This document shows, one piece after another, positions 12,863-24,822 of a DNA stretch of 64,000 nt. The notes under the pieces were generated by a model. The model saw only the letters and a list, made by a program, of their open reading frames with translations, was not told where the DNA came from and made no database searches. This DNA comes from Enoplolaimus lenunculus (Eukaryota). Both the position numbers and the translations under genes were made by a program. The stretch spans positions 62,001 to 126,000 of the forward strand of contig JASANG010000440.1 in assembly GCA_030248215.1 (NCBI GenBank), read 5' to 3'. The number at the start of each line of letters is the position of its first letter. The stretch's first letter is position 1.

Positions 12863-13052
12863 CGCTGCAAAAATGGTGAGTCAAACTGAGTCTCTCCGAA
12901 ATAGGCTGTCGGCTCCGCCTGAGTCAAATTCGACTAATTTAGCGGCTCAGTAACTCGAATTTGATTCTGGCGGAGTCTAATTTTGACTCAGTTTGTGAAG
13001 TCAGTAAAAGCCTATTTCGGAGAGTCAATTTGACTCACCATTTTTTACAGTG
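12863..13052. mobile_element. Family B MITE
   Basis: Homologous palindrome; TSD TA. Confidence 0.85.
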
Positions 13053-13137
13053 TACAAAAAATGTATATGCGGTCGCAAATTTGCAAACGCAATCGTTTAA
13101 ACAATACTTTTCACTTTGTTTTGTCGATTACTTTCAC

Positions 13138-13449
13138 CAACAGTGGATGATGCGTACTTTAACAAGAGTATGCAACTGGGTACGTTCAGTGTAGAAAAGA
13201 ATGTACCTGCACGAGTTGCGTTTTTACCCTGCCATCTTTTATTTAGAGGGGGTACAATCTATGCGAACCATGACACTTTATCTATATGGCAACAAATTGC
13301 TCCGGTTACAATTTAATTTAGGGTTATTGCATGGGACAGCGGCCCTTCTCTAAACGAAAGGAGGTTCGGCCAAAAACGCAACGCCCGTTGGTACATTTTG
13401 AACCATGCGGAACCCAAATAGTTGCACACTCTTGTATTATGCGCTCTTG
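13138..13449. mobile_element. CAA-ended MITE, P-element-like (relatives at ~20920-21210, 27992-28265 reverse, 57557-57670)
   Basis: Alignable copies; consensus termini CAAGAGTG(G/C)ATGAT; 7-bp flanks CTTTCAC/CTTACAC. Superfamily is inferred. Confidence 0.6.
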
Positions 13450-13927
13450 CTTACACAACGTCGAAATTTGGTTTCACTAGCAAGCCAACAAACCAAAACC
13501 ACACAGAACTTTTCGTTACAAGGCGGTATGTACCAACTTTTCGTATCTGGTTATTTTTGCCAGAAAATACGGCGTTCTTAAACTCTTCATTTTCATTATA
13601 CACATTTCAGTCAAGTATACACATATTCAACTGTCGTATATTTACTCAGCCTGATCTGGTCAACCACGAATTAGGCCTGCAAGTTCCAAAACGACAACAA
13701 CAACAACAACAACAGTACATCGCCTGATCAACCGGAAGACCACTCGTTGCCAAGCTTAACCTGGAGTCATATGAATACACGATTTCAAATGACATTCAAT
13801 CAATATTTGCTCGAAAAAATTCAAATTGTCTGAATATTTTGAGTAAAATTCCCAGTTCTTTTATGACAAATCTGATACCTGAGTATGGATACTGATCCTT
13901 ATTAAATGATCAATAAAATTACTCGCC

Positions 13928-13972
13928 ATGTCTGTGGGATCAGATTGCGAACAAATCCCTGACAGGGTTCAG
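13928..13972 (+). CDS. Gene B exon 1 (MSVGSDCEQIPDRVQ), divergent RhoGAP-like protein
   Basis: GCCATG start context, CAG|GTAATA donor, phase 0 matches the next exon. Further upstream exons cannot be excluded. Confidence 0.6.
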
Positions 13973-14421
13973 GTAATATTTGCTGGGTGGGGTGTGGCAT
14001 TATACAGATGTGAGGTTTGGAGCAACGATGAAGCGTCGAATGTCGAAGGCCAGATTTGTGATGGATCTCTAATGTCTCGACTCTTCGGTTGTGAACATTT
14101 TGCGATTCAAACTGTTTGTTAAATGTTAACCATTTAATTCCAACCGTATCGTTAAACATTTTTGCGTTCGTCAGTGTTTGAGCAATATTTTAGACAGGCA
14201 TATAACCAGGAAAGATTGTCTGACGGCTCAAGATTCTTTGAATTCATGGACCAAATACCAGATTTTTCACATCGGAATCACACAGTTCTATAGTCGTTGC
14301 TCGCAAAGACTCGCCAAATTGAGATCTAAGCTTCAGATCAGGTTTTAGAACATAAACTAAATTTATTTTCGCTATGAATCCATTTTCTTTATTTGGTTGA
14401 ATAATCTTGCGTCTGTCTCTG

Positions 14422-14630
14422 CACTGCAAGAAATGGTGAGTCAGATTGACTCCCTCCGAAATAGGCTCTACGGGTCTACACAAACTGAGTCGAATTCGAC
14501 TCCGCCGGTGTCAAACATAAAACTCAGGGAGTCGAATTTGACTCTGGCGGAGTCGAATTCGGCTCAGTTTGTGTAGTCCCGTAGAGCCTATTTCGGAGGG
14601 AGTCATTTTGACTCACCATTTTTTGCGGTG
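14422..14630. mobile_element. Family B MITE in gene B intron 1
   Basis: Palindrome; TSD TG. Confidence 0.88.
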
Positions 14631-14780
14631 TGCAGATTTTGATTTTGTATGGCTGAGTTTAAACGAAGATTTGAGTTCGCACCGCTACTGCAGTGAAGTC
14701 TTTCGCTAAGGCACTGCTAAAACGTTTTGTGTTTTGGATGTCGATTGGTATGGCTGTGTACTTAACGTTTATAATTTCAG

Positions 14781-14984
14781 GATTACCTGCTCCGACTGTC
14801 AACGGCGAGCTGGCCTTCAACGAAACTTTGCTCGACCAGCGGCTGCTCGCAAATGCGATTTAGTCCTTCGATGTCAAACTCTGTTCGCGAATTAATGACA
14901 AAAATTACTCGAAGCCTTGGATGTGAAGGTGCGGAACTGCATCCATGTGACTATTCGCCAAGTACAAACATGACAGTTTTGAAG
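14781..14984 (+). CDS. Gene B exon 2 (DYLLRLST...NMTVLK)
   Basis: TTTCAG acceptor, AAG|GTGAGT donor, 204 nt open, phase 0 to 0. Confidence 0.8.
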
Positions 14985-15833
14985 GTGAGTGCTATCCAAA
15001 CAAGACTCAGGATGTCATTAGCAACGAAACGCATCAACATTTCAGTTCGGAAGTCGAGATGTCACAATTTGTTGGAATGTCATGGTCGCGTATACAAGAG
15101 TATCAAGGGTGGATCCAGTGGGGATGGGGGGTGCATCCACCCATCTGCTGCCGAATTGTTTCAGGAATGAAAACCAATGTAAGCATTAATGGCACTTATG
15201 GTGATTTTTGAATATACGGGAAAAAGAACATAAAACATCTTCCTCCAAGTAACAACCAGGATATTATGGGATCAAAAATTTATGCAACATCCGCTTTAAT
15301 GAGTGCATCTACTCTACTTTGAGGTTCTACTCGTTAGCGATACACACATGCATACATACGTATATGTCTGGGCCAATACTTAACATTTTCCACTTGTGCA
15401 ACCCCCACCATGAATTTCTGGATCATCCACTGAAAGTATCAAGCTGTTCTAACCAATTTAGTGTTTTGTTCAAGGCTTTGAGTTTAGGTTTAGACATTGG
15501 CTTAGTTTAGCATTAGGATTAATTCTAATCAAATATATACTGCAAAAAATGGTGAGTCAAATTGACTGTCTCCGAAACAGGCTTTTCGGGACTATACAGA
15601 GTCAAATTCGACTCTGCCCGAGTCAATTAAGATGTTCGGTTTTTTACTATGAAGTTTCTCACTCGAGTGTTTAGCCGGCGGATTCTTTCTCTTTTATGAC
15701 GAGCGTAAGTCTAGGACGCATAAACGTCTCAATATCTTGATTTCAATTTTAGTTTAACCCAAAATAGTGAATATGATTTGTAGTTTGTGTATCATACATC
15801 TTAACATACAAACACAAGATTGTTTTGTGTCAG

Positions 15834-15943
15834 GAGATCTTAAAAATGTTTCCTTCGACAAATTTTCCACGTTCGATTCAATCTCAACTCGTCACAATTC
15901 CTGTCGATTTGCCTATTTCTGAAGCTTGTTGCCAGATTCAACG
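15834..15943 (+). CDS. Gene B exon 3 (EILKMFPSTNFPRSIQSQL...ACCQIQ)
   Basis: TGTCAG acceptor, CG|GTGAGT donor, phase 0 to 2. VLK-EILKMFP..FP matches the RhoGAP LLK.FLRELP.PLFP pattern. Confidence 0.8.
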
Positions 15944-15984
15944 GTGAGTTCAAAACGAATATTGGACAATGTTTATCGTTGTTA

Positions 15985-16213
15985 CACTGCAAAAAATGGT
16001 AAGTCAAATTGACTCTCTTCGAAATAGGCTTTTCCGAACTACACAAATTGAGTCAAATTCAACTCTGCCAGAGTAAACATTCGACTTATCCTAGTCGCTG
16101 AGTGAGTCGAATTTGACTCTGGCGAAGTCGAATTTGACTCAGTTTGTGTAGACCCGTAGACCCGTAGAGCCTATTTCGTAGAGAGTCAATTTGACTCACC
16201 ATTTTTGCAGGAG
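15985..16213. mobile_element. Family B MITE in gene B intron 3 (half copy at ~15538-15625)
   Basis: Homologous palindrome. Confidence 0.85.
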
Positions 16214-16649
16214 TAGTCACTTAAATCCCAATTCAATAGATTTTAATGGCCCTGAGAGCGTCATTTGAGTCAAAAACTTTGGTTCCGGCAATATTTCAGT
16301 TATCGCTGCGAGTTTTGCAGTCTCAAACCTAAAATTTAGCACAAAAAACTTGAAGTGCCAGAGTTATCGTTACCAACCTTTGCCTGTCCAAAAATAAATA
16401 AAAAATACTGAAACATTTATTATTTTCCATTTTTTCTTAAAAGAATCCGCTTTGACTGACACATTATAGTATTTTAAGCTGTTTTGCTAAAACTTACAGC
16501 TTTTGTAATATATACAAAGGCTTCACATCAGGCGTTAGGTGTGCGAGTAGAATTAGGCTTAATCTTGTTCGGAAAAGGCATAAAACGTGCCCATGGAACC
16601 GTTATGGTCTTATGTAAATTTTTACAATACATTTTCGTCGTGTTTGCAG

Positions 16650-16847
16650 TATCATCTCACAGTCAACGAATCAGCGTTCAATATCGTTTACGACTGTTAT
16701 ATTTCGATGTATTAACAACATTATGCACCATTGCACCCCTCAGCAAAGTCAGCGAATCGCTTCGTACACCGACGTTCTGATACATTTGACTCCAATAATG
16801 TTTCCACAAGTTATGGGAGACACTGAAACGTTTGTTCGCGCTGCCAG
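16650..16847 (+). CDS. Gene B exon 4 (IISQST...IFRCINNIMHHC...LIHLTPIMFP...FVRAA)
   Basis: TTTGCAG acceptor, CAG|GTAAAT donor, 198 nt open, phase 2 to 2. Confidence 0.8.
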
Positions 16848-17153
16848 GTAAATATTATACCTTTTCTCTAAAGTTGTCAACCGTACAGGTCAGCACCGGT
16901 TCTACACTCAAAATAATATTTCTGATATTTAAGAAAAAATTCTTTCTTTTATAAAAAAATCAAGCAGCCACAAAATTTTTAAAAACAAAACCTTCAAAAA
17001 TAAAAAGTTCTGAAAATAAACGTTTTCCAGTTATTTTAAAAAATAAAAAAAAACATCAGAAAAAACTGGGAAACGTTGACTGGGAAACGTTGACGGTAGT
17101 GTAGATTCCTGTAAATACGTATCCGGTCTCATATTGGTAAAGGATCCATTGCG

Positions 17154-17338
17154 GGCCCATGTAAACATCAGGAGCGGAACGTACTTTTGTGGGACTGCAA
17201 TAGAGTAAAGCTTAAGCTTTAGACTAATTTTGTTGCTTGACTTAGGCTTAGGCTTGTGAATATGCTCATTCTTACGCTTAGGCTTAGGCTTAGGAATAAG
17301 CTTATAATACTGTTCCGCCGCTGTTATTTACATTGGCC
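17154..17338. mobile_element. Family A MITE in gene B intron 4
   Basis: GGCCCATGTAAA...TTTACATTGGCC termini, TTAGGC repeats. Confidence 0.85.
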
Positions 17339-18208
17339 GCAACTTATAAATTGTTCCGTATTCTATCCGCTTGCGAAGTCTGGCGTTATTTTGTTCCATA
17401 ACTTTTGATCAAGAAATGGCTGAATCTGTCCCTGTGTACCGATTGGACGCTGTAATATTTTTCGTCGCTTTACACAGTTTGATCAGAGTGCAACCGGAGA
17501 CGGAAAAACCTGAGCCGGAGGTCAACTCATTTTGCCGCAGTCGAAGACGACAAAAAATTTAACTTTAAGCAGTATTGCGAACTGTTGTTTTTGAGCTGCG
17601 TTTTTGAGAAATTTTGGCAATTATTAAGCATTTCAAAATAGCTTCAAAATTCTACACAACATCATTAGCGCACCAATTTTATTAAAGAACGAAAAATTTC
17701 ACTACCGAAATTGGCGGAACCCCCGGCATCTGCTTTACTGGAGCCAGAGGCAGACTTCCGGATTTACCCTGGTACATGACATGGGTTTGACAAATCTTGT
17801 ATGCGTCACTGGTTGCAACCTGAAGGCTTATGACCTGGAGGGCAAGCAATCAAAATAATCAAAGCGTATCAATAAATCCAGCCAATCGGGTGGGAATCGG
17901 CGAAATATTTGGATCGCGTCCCGAAAAACCAATGGCTCACCGAACTGTTGTTCCCGGCACTTAATTATTTTAGCGATGTATCCATTACAGCCATCTGCGA
18001 ATAGAAAATATTTATTCAGTATAAAACACCCACGCAAACAATATTATCGAGTTGCCATAGGATCACAAGCGACATAAAAGGCTTTTTTGAACATTCAATT
18101 GAATAAAATAGTCAGCGTTCGAACAACATTTTCCGTTAGCGCTGGAGTTTCATTGAATTTTCAACGTATTTATTTCAACTTGAAAGTTAAGTTTGCGCTA
18201 TAAAGCAA

Positions 18209-18388
18209 AGGCCCATGTTACTTTAAAGGGCGTCAAGGTTTCTGGTGGGTCTATAAAAGAGTAGGTTCAGATTCTAGATTACATTTTTTGCTTAGGCTTT
18301 AGGCTTAGGAATTCATTTTGGCAACGCTTAGACTTAGACTTAGGAATACGCTTAATCTACTGTTGCGCCCCTTAAAGTAACATTGGCC
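18209..18388. mobile_element. Family A MITE, subtype 2, in gene B intron 4
   Basis: GGCCCATGTTACTTTAA / TTAAAGTAACATTGGCC; TSD AAAGCAAA/AATGCAAA. Confidence 0.88.
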
Positions 18389-18546
18389 AATGCAAAATTA
18401 CGTAGACGTGTTTCACGATATCACGTGGATTGAGCTGTTTACGCAAGCCAAATTGTAAGCGAGGGCGGAAGAAATGAATCAGAAATTAATAAAATTTTCT
18501 GAACAAACTCCGGGTTGAAACGACACTAGTTGAATTTGTCAGTTAA

Positions 18547-18806
18547 CCCCTTCTCACATTGAGCTGCCTACAGGCAACTCAACGCAGTGTATACACGTTA
18601 AATAACATATCGCACCGTGTTTAACAATTGCAACCCGTATACATAGTACGAAATCACCACAAGACGTGAGACCCCCATCGGGCTCGAGCGTCAACCTCCT
18701 ATAGCTGAGTGGTGATGGTAAGCGCCTCCCACTCCAGTCACTGGACTTCGAATCCTACATAAAGGTATGTCTCATGGAAACTAGAAAATATTCATGTGAG
18801 AAAGGG
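18547..18806 (+). mobile_element. piggyBac-like MITE with tRNA-type A/B boxes (family C)
   Basis: TTAA on both sides; TIR CCCCTTCTCACAT / ATGTGAGAAAGGG; A box 18702-18712, B box ~18743-18755. Confidence 0.88.
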
Positions 18807-19342
18807 TTAAAATAATAATTTGGAAATTGGTTGCAAAGATTTGTTACCAAGCTCAGAGGCGGATCAAATAATTTTTGATGGGGGGTCGGGTTGGCAAATG
18901 TTATGAAACGCAAAAATTGTTTTTTCGCTGACTACGAAGTTATTGAACTGTGACACGTTTTATTGTGGACCCCTCTCGTCCTCTCGGCTTGATTGCAAGG
19001 TCAATTATTCTTATTCTGACTCGGGATCTGCCACTACGGGATTTTCGGGATGTACTGATAGCGTTCTTTGGCCCCGTTATGTACAATTCTGTCAGATACG
19101 CAACAGCATATTCTCTGTTCAACCGTCCTTAACGATTTTTACCATAACCTACATTTTTGTTTTGACATACAATATTTCAGTTGCTTTATCGGTGGTGTCC
19201 CTGCTAAATACAATTTCTTCTGTACGCCCTTGAAGCCGGCGAATCTCTGATCCAGAGTGGCAGGACTGAACTGGTACCAGAAATCCAAAAATCGACCCTG
19301 GCAAATGATATAAAGCGACAAATTACTTTTAGAAAAGCTGTT

Positions 19343-19562
19343 TGGCCAATGTAAAGAACAGGGACGGAACAGTATTATAAGCATATTCGTTAGCCTAAGC
19401 CTAAGCCTATTCCTAAGCCTAATCCTAAGCGTAATAATGAGTATACTCCTATGCCTAAGCCTTAGCATAAGCCTAAAGCAGAGCAAAAAATAGTCTAAAG
19501 TTTAAGCTTACTCTATTGCAGTCCCACAGAAAAACGTTCCGCCCCTGATCTTTACATGGGCC
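19343..19562. mobile_element. Family A MITE, subtype 1, in gene B intron 4
   Basis: Full TIRs and GCCTAA repeats. Confidence 0.88.
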
Positions 19563-20151
19563 AAAATTCGTTGATATTGGACTCATTTTGCGTAAACAAC
19601 ACTGGTTCAAACCCTTCGATGGAAATTAAAAAATTTCGGATTTCGTAACTGACCTTTTTTGAACAAAAAACTTAATATAAAATTATAATCTTCAAGTCAA
19701 CCTTGCTTAGGCTTAGGCTTAGGAATATGCTTAGACTACTGCTCCGTCCCCGTTCTATACATGGTCCAACATTTCAGAGTATCTGCTTATTTACTAAGTG
19801 TAACTTTTTGCTCATATTTTAGGGATTGCGCTGTACATTTACTGTACAAAAAATCTATCAGAAAAGCGTTTATTTTCGCGTCATAAAAATAATTAAAAAC
19901 GAAAAAAATTTCCATTAAAAATTCGAAAAAGAGTAAAATATTAATAAATTGCTTAAAAATAGTAAAATAATGTATTTTGTCGACGTTTTTGTTGCGCGCA
20001 ACTTATCGCAACCAGCAACCAGAGGCGATCCTTGCCGGACTGGGCCATTCTACAAACGGCCCAACAACGGTGGTCCGTTTCACGTGGGTACTCTATGGCT
20101 CTACGTAGGCCTCCGAGACGCGCTTCAAGCGTGGTTGACGTCATTTTTCAG

Positions 20152-20588
20152 GGTCATTCTTTTGATGGCAGATTGTTGCGATACCATATTTGTCAAACCG
20201 ATCCACGCTGGCGGTCTCAAACGCTTGTCAACGTCAGCGGGAACAACATCCGGCAACACTTCACATCCATACACTCCAACAGTTCCTAAACAACAAGACG
20301 CAGACATTGGAAGCCATCAGGAAGATGAACGAAACGATATGTGGAAGGTAAATGACAAAGTATCCGGGCAACGATGGAAGGAAGTACTGGAAAACCCACA
20401 ACAAGGACAGGATGCAATAGTTGAAATTGAATCCGGACCACAAGAACACGTACATCAACCAGCGAACAAACAACCGGATTATGGACAAGAGAATGGTAGT
20501 ACAACAAGTGATCAACACGGAGAAATGATGGGCGGAATGCCAAATGATATGTTCGATGGTGACGATTGTGACGCAGACCAAATGTCAG
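20152..20588 (+). CDS. Gene B exon 5 (VILLMADCCDTIF..., then disordered Q/D/G-rich region)
   Basis: TTTTTCAG acceptor, CAG|GTAAGC donor, phase 2 to 1. It lies in ORF 19949-20599; VILLMADCCDTIF fits the final RhoGAP helix. Confidence 0.85.
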
Positions 20589-21319
20589 GTAAGCGCTGAT
20601 TGTACTTTTTGATACACTGGACTAAAAAACACAATAATTGGAGGGATCCCATCGTCCGTTTGCCACAAATTTTCTGTCTGCCAAGAACTCCAGATTTGTC
20701 TGTGTTCTTCCAGGTTGTGGCGTTTTCCACTGGCGGATTCAAGATGTTTCTGGTGTGATGCCGGGACCGCAGAGGTTTTCATAACTGGGACCAGAAAGTA
20801 GTTAAAATGTACATAAAACGATTTCTTCTGTGTTTTCAGATTTCATTTAGAGTTTAAAAACGAGTGTTTTTAAGTTAATTTGTTGATTTTAGAAAGTTTC
20901 AACGATCACTCAATTAAAGACAAGAGTATGCCCCACTGGGCAAATTCTGTGTAGAAAAAATGTACCCAGCGCGCGTTGATATTTTCGCCTTCCCCACCCC
21001 TTTATTTACACGGGGGTACAACCTGTGCAAATTATGCCACTTAATGTGTCCGGCAACAAATTGTCCCGCTTATAATTTAATTTAGGGTTATTGCATGTGA
21101 CAGCGACACCGCCTCTAAACAAGGGGAGGTCGGCCAAAAACGCACCGCGATCGTACATTTTGTACCATGCCGAACCCAAAGAAGTTCACTCTTGTATCAT
21201 TCATTTTTGATTTTAGTAATTCAAACGAATAAAAAACATTCCACAGCACTTCACGTCGGCGATACAAGCCCCGATACGTTTCAAATCTTAGAATTATAGT
21301 TTAAATTTTAATATTTCAG

Positions 21320-21660
21320 ACATTCTGCAATACCTGTCGTCACTTGAAGAACTTCTCGCTTCGACTAGCGATCAGTTAAAGCGAACCGATAGCGTAACCC
21401 AGTTCAAGAATGCAAATCAATCAATAAATTACCCAATTCCACACACAACAATGATGACGTCATCGACAGATTCAGGCTTGGATGACTGTGACCAAGATAG
21501 ATCATCATTATCATTAGCAATACATGATACTGGATACCAAGATGGATCATCATTGTGTGGTGATGACACTGAAAACGAGTACACGTCAAGTAGTGTAATC
21601 AACGAAATTCTACACACTCCGACATCTGATTTGTATCAGTTGGCTTATCTCGAACGGTAG
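21320..21660 (+). CDS. Gene B exon 6, probably terminal (ILQYLSSLEELL...acidic Ser/Asp tail...AYLER*)
   Basis: TTTCAG acceptor, phase 1, in frame with ORF 21451-21660. The six exons sum to 1335 nt = 444 aa + stop. Confidence 0.75.
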
Positions 21661-22450
21661 ATAAGCGTAAAAATTGTGACTAAAATACTAAAATCGGTCT
21701 ATCGATTGAATTTATGTATATTACTACGCTTTTATGTATTGATTTATTTTATTGTTTGTTAAAAATTGGGCTGTTAGCCTCGAAACTTTTGATTGTGAAA
21801 CACATTCGACCACCGCGACACTGTATAACTCGCTCCTAGTGGAATTGCAAAATGTATTTTGCAGCAAGCGTCTATTGTATAACTCGGGCCAATGTTATTT
21901 TACAGGCAGAACAGTAGATTAAACGTATTCCTAAAAGCCTAAGCGTTGCAAAAATATGTTTCTAAGCCTAAGCCTAAAGTCTAATCCTAAGTCTAAGCCT
22001 AAGCCTAAGCAAAAAATGTAATGTAGAATCTAAACCTACACTTTTATATACCCATCAGAAACCTGGACACCACTTAAAGTAACTCTCGGTGAAGCATGCA
22101 AGTTCTGTTTGCGTACTGTATTGCAATTTCGTTTGCTGGCCTCTAAAATTTTACGCCCAATTGCCCATAAAAACTTCAAATCAGTGTTTTCACTCGCAGA
22201 TTTTGTTTTATTGTTGATACCAGCTGTTGTTTGCATTGCCTGTATGCGAAATATTTTGGTCAGAAATGTGGGAACAATTTTTATTCAGGTGGTGAAAGTG
22301 CCACTGGCTTTGAGCTGGTCCGCGAAGAGCATTGATCTTTGATGGACGACCAAGAAGAGATTGAAAAGCCTGCCTATTTTCCGCGTTTTTACATGTTTCA
22401 AGACGTAAACTGTTTAGTTTTGCTGGTAGTTTTCTGAATTTAGAAGTGTT

Positions 22451-22609
22451 GGCCAACGTAAAGAACAGGGGCGGAACAATATTATAAGCATATTCCTAAG
22501 ACTAAGCCTAAGCATAAGCCTAAGCCAAGCAAAAAATTAGTCTAAAGCTTAAGCTTTGTCTATTGCAGTCCCACAGAAAAACATTCCGCCCCTGATCTTT
22601 ACATGGGCC
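22451..22609. mobile_element. Family A MITE (more copies at ~9339, 21887, 24381, 25236, 25812, 26459, 26984, 28822)
   Basis: TIRs; TSD GAAGTGTT/GAAGTGTG. Confidence 0.88.
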
Positions 22610-23105
22610 GAAGTGTGAACGGATCCGCTTTCGTTTCCGATGGGTTCCGATTGACATCGACCGTAGGAATCTGTGATAGCGTTCCAGCAGGCAGCCTTGT
22701 TACTCTTATCGACATCTGAATGTTAGAACGCACAGTCAAAAGGTTCTAAGCCTGATATTGAATAATCCTAAGCCTAAGCTTATAAACGAACCTAAACCTA
22801 AGTTTATTGAATAAATTGAAGCCTAAGAGAATGGTTGAGTCAGCTCGAGCCTGCAGCAAAAACAAGTGCCCACTGAATATTGACATCATGTATAACTTGG
22901 TTGTGTTTAATAAATTCAAAACATAAATGGCGTTTGGATAAAAATGTATTTTTTACTGGTGCAAAATTTGCGAATTACGATTCTGGTTCAACGAATCGTC
23001 GGTGATTTCAATTGGTTTCCCAATTCAGCCTCAAATCCGCATCAATTTCATTGGTTATTCAACCAACGACCACTGCGCCCCGTCGCTCACGCGTCGGCAG
23101 ACAAA

Positions 23106-23373
23106 GGCTGGGTTTCTGAAATCTTACTTACGTATTTACTTAAGTCACCGACTTAGGTATATTCTTAAATTTTCGAGCAAAAACAAATACACACCAAATG
23201 TCAGCTTGACCAAGGTTAGTATGGCTGAAACATAAATTTGTAATCTATGAGATTTAATCAACTACTTAAGTATTTACTTAACTTAAGTTCGTTCTTAAAA
23301 ACGACAAAATTGTTAAGTAATTTGCTTTAGTACTGTAGAAGTCGTACTTTAGTAGGGTTTTGGAAACCCAGCC
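23106..23373. mobile_element. MITE with GGCTGGGTTTC TIR
   Basis: 11-bp perfect TIR, internal ACTTAAGT repeats; TSD not preserved. Confidence 0.65.
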
Positions 23374-23627
23374 ATTCACATATTTTATGTTGCGCTGTGT
23401 TTACGGATTATGATATGCATTTGTTGAAGTCCGTCACCCGTCCGGTACCGTCCACTCGTACGACACCGTCCGTCACTCGTCTGGTGCCATCCATCACCCG
23501 TACGGCGCCGTCCGTCACAGTCCGTAATTATACGATATCATTCGTGTGTAATTTACGTACGATGACGTACGGCGACGGACGGATCCGCACGACGAGTATA
23601 GCGCCACCATAAACCCTTACGCGTATA

Positions 23628-23879
23628 CACTGAAAATTCTAATGAGTTAATTAATCAACTCAGACGGAAAGTTAGTTATTTCTGAGTTAATAACAACAAA
23701 CTTTAACTCACTCTGAGTTTCGCTGATTCTGACTCTGAGTTGATTTGATTCTGGGAAAGTTTATTATTTAAATCAGAATGAGTTATATCAACTCAGAATT
23801 ATGAGTTCTGATAGTCTTAACTCAGACTGAGTGATTCAACTCCGTCTGAGTTGAAATCAAATTACTGGAATTTACAGTG
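23628..23879. mobile_element. Second CACTG-ended MITE family (relic at ~30016-30150)
   Basis: CACTGAAAATTC / GAATTTACAGTG termini, TA TSD, internal AACTCAGA/TCTGAGTT sub-repeats. Confidence 0.8.
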
Positions 23880-24607
23880 TAAATGTGTAGAAAATTACAA
23901 CAAAACTCGAAAGCTTTTTCGGTGTCAAGAACAATCTCTTATGAAAGAGCGATTGCATTAAACTCCTTCTGCCCCAGGAGTGTCGGTGTTTGAATCGTTG
24001 CTTTAAACGAAATCTTTGAGAGACAGATTCATCGGATAAAACATACAAAATTGTAGGAATTTTTAGCGTAAAACTAAACAATATTTTGAAACAGATGATA
24101 ACTGGATACTTTATTTGCTTTTGAGAATGTTGTGAAAATAGAATTAAGCAAAAACTCAAAAGGATGTCTGATTTTAGATGTGACACCCACGGATAAATAT
24201 ATCTGCAAAAATTATCGCTTTAGATTTATATTTTCGCCGTGATGGATGTTATATCGACGCTTAAATTTGCTATTTTCCTATTTTGAGAATTTTTACAAAA
24301 TTCCAACGATTGGCAATTGGTTTGTGCACATGAAAGTAAATCCATTCCCAGACAGAATGCAGGGCATACGCGGCCAGCAAGGCCAATGTTACTTTAAGGG
24401 GCGTAAACAGTAGACTAAACGTATTCCTAAGCCTAAGCGTTGCAAAACGCGTATTCCTAAGTAAGAATCAACCTAAGCCTAAGCAAAAATTGTTGTCTAG
24501 AATGCAAGCCTACTCTTTGACAGTCCACCAGAAATCTGAACGCCCCTTAACATTGACCCAGAACCTATCACCAGCTAGTGAAATAAACCTTCCAGTGGTC
24601 GAACCTA

Positions 24608-24822
24608 TACTGCAAAAAATGGTGAATCAAATTGACTTTCTCCGAAATCGGCTTTTCTGACTACACAAACTGGGTTAAACTCCTCTCCGACATAATCAAA
24701 TTCGACTCACTAAATCGCAAGTTTGACTCTGACGGAGTAGAATTTGACTCAATTCGTGTAGTCCGGAAAAGCCTATTTCTGAAAGCAAAAAGAGTCAATT
24801 TGACTCACTCTTTTTTGCAGCG
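24608..24822. mobile_element. Family B MITE
   Basis: Homologous palindrome; TSD TA. Confidence 0.85.

Noticed and set aside
19949..20151. N-terminal part of the 216-aa ORF, and likewise 52321-52510 of the 266-aa ORF
   Set aside because: Intronic read-through upstream of strong, phase-compatible acceptors at 20151 and 52510.
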